Positions 58,891-64,000 of a stretch of 64,000 bases of DNA are shown one piece after another (the first letter of the stretch is position 1; every line of letters begins with the position of its first letter). The DNA comes from a virus. A program made the translations under genes and the position numbers. The DNA lies in UHGV virus genome UHGV-0332176. One strand, written 5' to 3'. The notes beneath the pieces are model-generated. The model saw nothing but the letters and a program-made list of their open reading frames with translations, was not told the origin of the DNA and searched no databases.

Positions 58891-58923
58891 AAATCTCCAT
58901 AATTATAATTATGGAGATTTTTT
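58891..58923 (+). terminator. Terminator hairpin AAATCTCCATAATTATAATTATGGAGATTT plus T6. The 3' arm contains the GGAG SD of the ligase gene
   Basis: Inverted repeat ending 1 nt before the ATG at 58924. Confidence 0.6.
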
Positions 58924-60858
58924 ATGAAGACTTTAATTGATATTTTAAGAATTTGTTCAGATTATTATACAAATACAGGTGATTATTATATTTTTGATGA
59001 TGACGATAAATTGGTCTTACAAGAATATGGTATTGAAGCTGATATTTCAACAGATGATGTATATGACAGTTTATATGATATTGGAAAAAAATTTTATCCT
59101 AATGATATTTTCTTTTTATCTGTTGGTTCAGAAGTTAGAGGTGATAAAGTTAAATTGCCTATACCTTTAGGTTCAATGACAGAATGTAAAGAAGATGAGT
59201 TATTAAAATGGATTTCTCCAAATGAAGAATATATGGTGTCTGCAAAATTAGATGGTTGTTCTTGCTTGTGTTGCTATGAAAATGGGCAATTAAAAATTGC
59301 TTATTCTCGTGGGGATGGGGAAAATGGACAAGATATTACTCGTATTGTTAATACTTTTGAAAATTCAATTCTTTCTTTAAGAATTCCTGATAATGTTATG
59401 ATACGTGGAGAAGTTATTGTTTCTAAAAATAATATTCCTTTGATGATTGATGAATTATTTAAAGAAACTCATTATCGTTATAAAAATGGACGGAATACAG
59501 TTGCTGGTCAATTGAATTCTAAAACTTGTGCAAAAGCATTTTCTAAATATGCTCATTTTGTAGCTTATAAAATTATGGATTTTAATGGTTCTGAAGAAGA
59601 AATGTTTCAAAAACTTGAAAATTATGGTTTAGAAACGGCTCAACATTCATTAGTTAATGGTAAATTTGTAACTGAAGAAAGTGCTAAATTAGGTGTACAA
59701 TCTGTTAGAGACGATTATGAATATGAGTGTGATGGAATTATTTTTACTGTAAATAAAAAATCTGAAAATTATAATGGTTATGAAACAAGTACATATAATC
59801 CTAAAGAATCCAGAAAATTTAAAGTTGGTGCAGTTGTTAATTCTGCTGAAACTGAAGTTGAATATGTTGAATGGAATGTTTCTAAAAATGCAATTTTAAA
59901 TCCAAGAGTTAAAATTAAACCTGTAGATATTAATGGAGTGACTATTGATTGGGTAACAGGTCATAATTATAAACTTATTGTTAATAATAAAATTGGTCAA
60001 GGAGCAAAAGTTGTTATTACAAGACGTGGTGATGTTATACCATATATTGAAAAAGTAATTTCTCCGTGTTTACAAGATAAAATTGGTATACCAACTATTG
60101 ACCGCTCATTTTGGGATGTTGATGAAAATGGAGTTTTTGCATTTTATTATGAAGGTTCAGATGAAAAATTAGATAATATTGTTGCTTTACAACGTTTAGT
60201 TTATTTTTGTAATAAATTAGGTGTTAAATATGCAGGGGAAGGTAATTTAACAAGAATTATGACATTTACTGAATTAAATACAATGACACCATTTAATCTT
60301 ATATCTTTACCTGTTTCTGTTTTTACTCAAACAATTGGAATTAATGGAGTAAAATTATATTCTTCATTACACGATTGTTTAAAACAAGCAACTATTCAAC
60401 AATTAATGGATGCTACTGGGGCTTTTGGAGATGGTATAGGTGAATTAAAACTTAATAAAATTGTTGATGTTTATGGTGAATTGGTATTTGAAAAAGAAAA
60501 AATTTTACAAGTTGAAGGATGGTCTGATATTTCTGCTGACCAATATTGTTCACGTTATGCAATCTTTTTAAATTATGTAGATAAGTTTAGAAAAGCAAAT
60601 GTTGATTTAAAGTATTCGGCAGTTGTTAGAGAAACAGATGATTTACATAATATTGTAGTTTGCTTTACAGGAATTAGAGATAAAGAAATGGAGAGAAATA
60701 TTATGTCCAGAGGTGGAAAAGTTGTTTCATCTGTAACAAAAATTTGTAATTTATTAATTACTAAAGAAGAAAATAGTACATCATCAAAGGCACAAAAAGC
60801 CAGAGAGAAAGGAATTGAAGTTATATCATATGAAGAAGCTGTAAAAAGATTTAAATAA
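58924..60858 (+). CDS. ligA: NAD+-dependent DNA ligase (LigA family), 644 aa
   Basis: Adenylation motif KLDG followed by YENGQLKIAYSRGDGENGQDIT (compare LigA KLDGLA...[22 protein letters not shown]) and a C-terminal BRCT-like segment (VVCFTGIRDKEME...GGKVVSSVTK). Confidence 0.8.
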   Translation: MKTLIDILRICSDYYTNTGDYYIFDDDDKLVLQEYGIEADISTDDVYDSLYDIGKKFYPNDIFFLSVGSEVRGDKVKLPIPLGSMTECKEDELLKWISPNEEYMVSAKLDGCSCLCCYENGQLKIAYSRGDGENGQDITRIVNTFENSILSLRIPDNVMIRGEVIVSKNNIPLMIDELFKETHYRYKNGRNTVAGQLNSKTCAKAFSKYAHFVAYKIMDFNGSEEEMFQKLENYGLETAQHSLVNGKFVTEESAKLGVQSVRDDYEYECDGIIFTVNKKSENYNGYETSTYNPKESRKFKVGAVVNSAETEVEYVEWNVSKNAILNPRVKIKPVDINGVTIDWVTGHNYKLIVNNKIGQGAKVVITRRGDVIPYIEKVISPCLQDKIGIPTIDRSFWDVDENGVFAFYYEGSDEKLDNIVALQRLVYFCNKLGVKYAGEGNLTRIMTFTELNTMTPFNLISLPVSVFTQTIGINGVKLYSSLHDCLKQATIQQLMDATGAFGDGIGELKLNKIVDVYGELVFEKEKILQVEGWSDISADQYCSRYAIFLNYVDKFRKANVDLKYSAVVRETDDLHNIVVCFTGIRDKEMERNIMSRGGKVVSSVTKICNLLITKEENSTSSKAQKAREKGIEVISYEEAVKRFK

Positions 60859-60890
60859 TCTCTTGACAAATAAATTTTATATGTTAAATT

Positions 60891-60920
60891 AAACTCATCA
60901 ATTGATTTTTTGATGAGTTT
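60891..60920 (+). terminator. Terminator hairpin (AAACTCATCAA-TTGATTTT-TTGATGAGTTT) after ligA
   Basis: Inverted repeat followed by a T-rich tract. Confidence 0.5.
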
Positions 60921-60938
60921 AATTTTTGGAGAAAGAAA

Positions 60939-61418
60939 ATGAGTCAAGCATTTGAAAATTTGATTACGAAAATTGATAATCGTTATTCTTCTTTTGTTGA
61001 ATTTGAAGAATTTGATTATAATGAAAAATTGGTTGAAGAAGTTTATTTTATGTTATATTGGTTAGATAATCACGGTATTGATTTGTCTAAATATGAATCC
61101 AATAATCTTGAAGATAGTGATGGACGTTTTCTTGGTATTGAATATTCAACAGAAATGGATGATGGAAATTGGTTGTATATTGAAGTATTGTTTGATGAAG
61201 AAAATCCTAAGTTGGATGAACCTATTTTACGTTTGTTTTATATGAATAATGATGAAGATTATGATTATTCAATACTTGAACTTGAATGTGATAAAAGTAA
61301 TCGCTTGAAAATAGCAGAATATCTTCAAAAAATTGAAAAATTGATGAATGTAAAAGATAAAGATGGTGTAATTGCCTATATGAAAGAGCTTGGTGCGAAA
61401 TGTCCAGAAGAAGATTAA
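60939..61418 (+). CDS. Acidic hypothetical protein, 159 aa
   Basis: ORF with SD (ggagaaag) upstream. Confidence 0.4.
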   Translation: MSQAFENLITKIDNRYSSFVEFEEFDYNEKLVEEVYFMLYWLDNHGIDLSKYESNNLEDSDGRFLGIEYSTEMDDGNWLYIEVLFDEENPKLDEPILRLFYMNNDEDYDYSILELECDKSNRLKIAEYLQKIEKLMNVKDKDGVIAYMKELGAKCPEED

Positions 61419-61990
61419 AAGCTAAAATTTCATTTTTTGATATTGATGAAACAATTTTTCATACCCACGCTTTAATTAATGTTGTTAAAGATGGTGAAAT
61501 TGTTAAAAAGTTAACAAATAAAGAATTTAATACTTATAAATTACAAGATGGTGAAGAATTTGATTTTTCGGAATTTAGAGATTCATTAGTATTTTATAAT
61601 ACTTCTAAACCTATTAATAATGTTATTAAATTGGTTAAACGATATATTGATAATATTAAAGGAAATGATAGAGTTATCTTTTTAACGGCTCGTGAAGATT
61701 TTAAAGATAAAGAAAAATTTCTTGATACATTTAGAAAATATGGAATTAATATTGACCATCCTAATGTTTATGTAGAAAGAAGTGGTAATTTAAAATTTAT
61801 TGAAAAAGTTCATCAGCGAAAAAATTTTATTGTTAGAAAATATCTTAAAACAAAATTATATTCTGATGTTAAAATGTATGATGATAGTCATAATAATTTA
61901 TATAATTTTATGATGTTACAAAAATCATTTCCTGATTGTAATTTTAATGCTGTGCAAGTTATTGGTAATGGAAAATTAAAAAAGATTTAA
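61400..61990 (+). CDS. HAD-superfamily phosphatase (possible nucleotidase or polynucleotide 3'-phosphatase), 196 aa
   Basis: HAD motif I FFDIDETIF (DxDxT). Confidence 0.5.
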   Translation: MSRRRLKAKISFFDIDETIFHTHALINVVKDGEIVKKLTNKEFNTYKLQDGEEFDFSEFRDSLVFYNTSKPINNVIKLVKRYIDNIKGNDRVIFLTAREDFKDKEKFLDTFRKYGINIDHPNVYVERSGNLKFIEKVHQRKNFIVRKYLKTKLYSDVKMYDDSHNNLYNFMMLQKSFPDCNFNAVQVIGNGKLKKI

Positions 61991-62003
61991 CATTATATTC
62001 GTA

Positions 62004-62086
62004 AAATGTTTGCATTTTTAATACTATATTTGGTAAATGTTTGCATTTTTATGCTTTTTTAGAATTAAAAATGTCAAATGTTTGCA
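62004..62086. repeat. Three direct repeats of AAATGTTTGCA(TTTTTA) (62004, 62035, 62076) in a 217-nt gene-free region
   Basis: Read directly. Spacing 31 and 41 nt. Confidence 0.6.
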
Positions 62087-62145
62087 GGTAATAATACTTT
62101 TTAATTTATTTTAATTAAATATTCTTTAATTTTTTATTTTGTTCT

Positions 62146-62170
62146 GGTGCTATTTTTAAAAAATAGCACC
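62146..62170. promoter_or_regulatory. Perfect 11-bp-stem palindrome GGTGCTATTTTTAAAAAATAGCACC (terminator or operator-like) upstream of the gene at 62217
   Basis: Read directly. Confidence 0.45.
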
Positions 62171-62216
62171 ATAAATATTTTTAGAACAAAAAATAAGTTT
62201 ATTCAAGGAGAAAAAA

Positions 62217-62870
62217 ATGAGTGGTGTTATTGACCCAAATACAGGTAAACCTTTAAGACATTATGCACAAGATTTAGTTACAAGAGCAAGATATATTATT
62301 ATTTCATTACAAAATGATACAGACCCTGATACTTGTTCCGTTGTTGATATTGATGCATTAGATGCCGATACAAGAGCAGAATTGGTTAATTTAGTGAATA
62401 GTGATGAATGTCAACATCAGCCAGAAATTTGGAAAGTTTTAGATAAAAAATATTTTATGAATTATCCAAAACAAACAATGTTAAAAGTTTTAAGAGGTTT
62501 AAAACAAATTCGTATTGTTAAATCTGCTCAAGTTGCAATTCAATGTCCAGATGATGTTGTAAGAACACCAAAAGATATTATTGAAGGTTTAAATGTTTAT
62601 TATGCAACAAAATCAAATCAAAATAGATTTGGAATGAATCCTTATGCTGATTCTTCTTTACCTTCTTTTGTTACAGCTAAACAAGAAGCTCCTGTTTCTT
62701 CAGCAGTTGTAGAAACTCCTGTTCCTACCCCTGTTGTTGATGCAGTAGAAGTTAAAGAAATTAAAGAAATTAAAGAAGAAATGAGTCAAATGAAAGAAAC
62801 AGTTAATACTTTAACAAATTCTATTGCTGATTTAGTAAAAGCATTATCTGAATCTAAAAAAGGAAAATAA
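62217..62870 (+). CDS. Hypothetical protein with PVPTPV linker and C-terminal coiled-coil, 217 aa
   Basis: ORF with SD (aaggag) upstream. Confidence 0.4.
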   Translation: MSGVIDPNTGKPLRHYAQDLVTRARYIIISLQNDTDPDTCSVVDIDALDADTRAELVNLVNSDECQHQPEIWKVLDKKYFMNYPKQTMLKVLRGLKQIRIVKSAQVAIQCPDDVVRTPKDIIEGLNVYYATKSNQNRFGMNPYADSSLPSFVTAKQEAPVSSAVVETPVPTPVVDAVEVKEIKEIKEEMSQMKETVNTLTNSIADLVKALSESKKGK

Positions 62871-63160
62871 TGATTTCAGATACGTGTTGGAAGAATATAT
62901 TAAGTGATGTTTTCTCTATTTTTCTGCCGTCTTCTGAATTTGTAAGTGAAATTGAAGTTTGTTGGAAAGATGACATAAAAAAAGTTTTTACAAGTTCTGG
63001 CGAATTATTAGCTTATTTGTACGTTTTTCAAGATAAGGTTGATTATGACATATATGATATTAAAGAATTTCATTGTCATTTGAAAAATGAAAAAGAATTT
63101 AAAAAAGATGTAGAATATTTAATTCAACAAATTTCAGATAAAATAAAAAAGGGAGAATAA
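62870..63160 (+). CDS. Hypothetical protein, 96 aa
   Basis: ORF with ATGA overlap with the previous gene. Confidence 0.35.
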   Translation: MISDTCWKNILSDVFSIFLPSSEFVSEIEVCWKDDIKKVFTSSGELLAYLYVFQDKVDYDIYDIKEFHCHLKNEKEFKKDVEYLIQQISDKIKKGE

Positions 63161-63178
63161 ATTCTCCCTTTATTTTTT
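63146..63178. terminator. Bidirectional terminator hairpin (AAAAAAGGGAGAATAAATTCTCCCTTTATTTTTT) between convergent genes
   Basis: Palindrome with T-runs on both strands. Confidence 0.6.
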
Positions 63179-63665
63179 ATTCTTCAACATCCTCAACAAA
63201 TAAAATAGCCGATGCAGTAATATTCATATTAATACCATTTGTATTTCCAACAATTCCTGCTGGACAAAACATACAAAGATATTGTGATGGAGTTAATGTA
63301 ATATTTTTTTCAATATAAAAAGAAGAACCAGGAACGATTCTAATATCGTGAGCAATATAAGTTTGAATATTACTATTTGAACCATCTTTAATATATAAAT
63401 CTATTGATTTAAAATTTTTAGGTTCATATCGTGGATAAGTATGAGTATTTTCATCATATTCTTCAATTCTTGGGTCAAAAACATTACAAATATATAATGA
63501 ATGGACTTGAACTGTTGAACCTTCTTCTCTTAAAACTTCACCCATACTACTTGAACCAGATAAAACATTAGTAGTATTTTGACCTGCTAAAGCAGATGGA
63601 ATAATAATTTTTTCAGTACCAACTTGTTTTGAAACAGATAAAAAATTTTTAAATATTTCAGCCAT
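63177..63665 (-). CDS. Hypothetical protein (possible virion protein), 162 aa
   Basis: ORF. Confidence 0.35.
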   Translation of the reverse strand: MAEIFKNFLSVSKQVGTEKIIIPSALAGQNTTNVLSGSSSMGEVLREEGSTVQVHSLYICNVFDPRIEEYDENTHTYPRYEPKNFKSIDLYIKDGSNSNIQTYIAHDIRIVPGSSFYIEKNITLTPSQYLCMFCPAGIVGNTNGINMNITASAILFVEDVEE

Positions 63666-63756
63666 TAGAAATCCTTAATTTTTAATTATAATAATATTTA
63701 TTGAAAAGCAAATGAATGATGTAGTAGAATAAATAACAAAGTTTAATGAGGATATT

Positions 63757-64000
63757 ATGGTAAAATTATTAATAACTTATAAAGATTATATTCATTGTAC
63801 AGTTCACGGATTATTATCAGCTGACTTATCTGCTTGTGTTAAAGAATTTAAGGTTTTTATCCCTTCAGCACGATTTCAAGCATCTTATAAATTAGGTCGT
63901 TGGGATGGTTATAAACAATATTTTACGGTTACTGGTCAAACTTATGTAAATTTATTACCTCGTATTTTTGAAATTATTGATTTATCAAAATATGAAATTG
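63757..64000 (+). CDS. Hypothetical protein, 5' part only (runs off the window end)
   Basis: ATG at 63757 with TGAGGA SD. ORF remains open to the window end. Confidence 0.35.
   Translation, partial: MVKLLITYKDYIHCTVHGLLSADLSACVKEFKVFIPSARFQASYKLGRWDGYKQYFTVTGQTYVNLLPRIFEIIDLSKYEI

Noticed and set aside
1-64000. CRISPR arrays, rRNA, tRNA, integrase or transposase genes
   Set aside because: No regularly spaced direct repeats with unique spacers. No GC-rich structured-RNA islands. No recombinase motifs seen. The window reads as a lytic-phage core genome.

Overview
This window is a very AT-rich (about 25-28% GC) contiguous piece of a T4-like myovirus genome, probably from an anaerobic low-GC host. 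It is densely packed with genes on both strands and has no rRNA, tRNA or CRISPR. Genes I can recognise from motifs: family-B DNA polymerase (gp43-like), RNase H/FEN (rnh-like), gp45-like sliding clamp candidate, gp55-like late sigma factor, gp6-like baseplate wedge, gp18-like tail sheath, RtcB RNA ligase, dCMP-type deaminase, serine hydroxymethyltransferase, flavin-dependent thymidylate synthase ThyX, anaerobic ribonucleotide reductase NrdD with its activase NrdG, Nudix hydrolase, NAD-dependent DNA ligase, HAD phosphatase, DHH/DHHA1 phosphoesterase, a bona fide ClpP beside a tandem-AAA+ ATPase, and several virion proteins. Two systems stand out. First, the terminase large subunit is encoded as two separate genes, 35923..36999 and 29302..30432. 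They are joined by an atypically split intein with a 29-aa N-fragment and a 109-aa C-fragment that ends in HN followed by Cys+1. The halves are 5.4 kb apart, with the tail sheath, a late gene and rnh between them. Second, a plus-strand operon at 53174-58882 encodes three SPASM-domain radical-SAM enzymes around a 273-aa protein whose C-terminus carries eight closely spaced cysteines. This looks like a RiPP/ranthipeptide-style thioether maturation cassette in a phage, with no assigned function. Other curiosities: two paralogous small genes that each carry a conserved 5' hairpin-plus-SD module with compensatory stem changes; a self-contained thymidylate cycle (Cd + ThyX + SHMT); a gp55 homologue with a long N-terminal extension; a 5x LEKYGVE tandem-repeat protein; terminator hairpins that sequester the downstream SD; and an intergenic repeat array at 62.0-62.2 kb.
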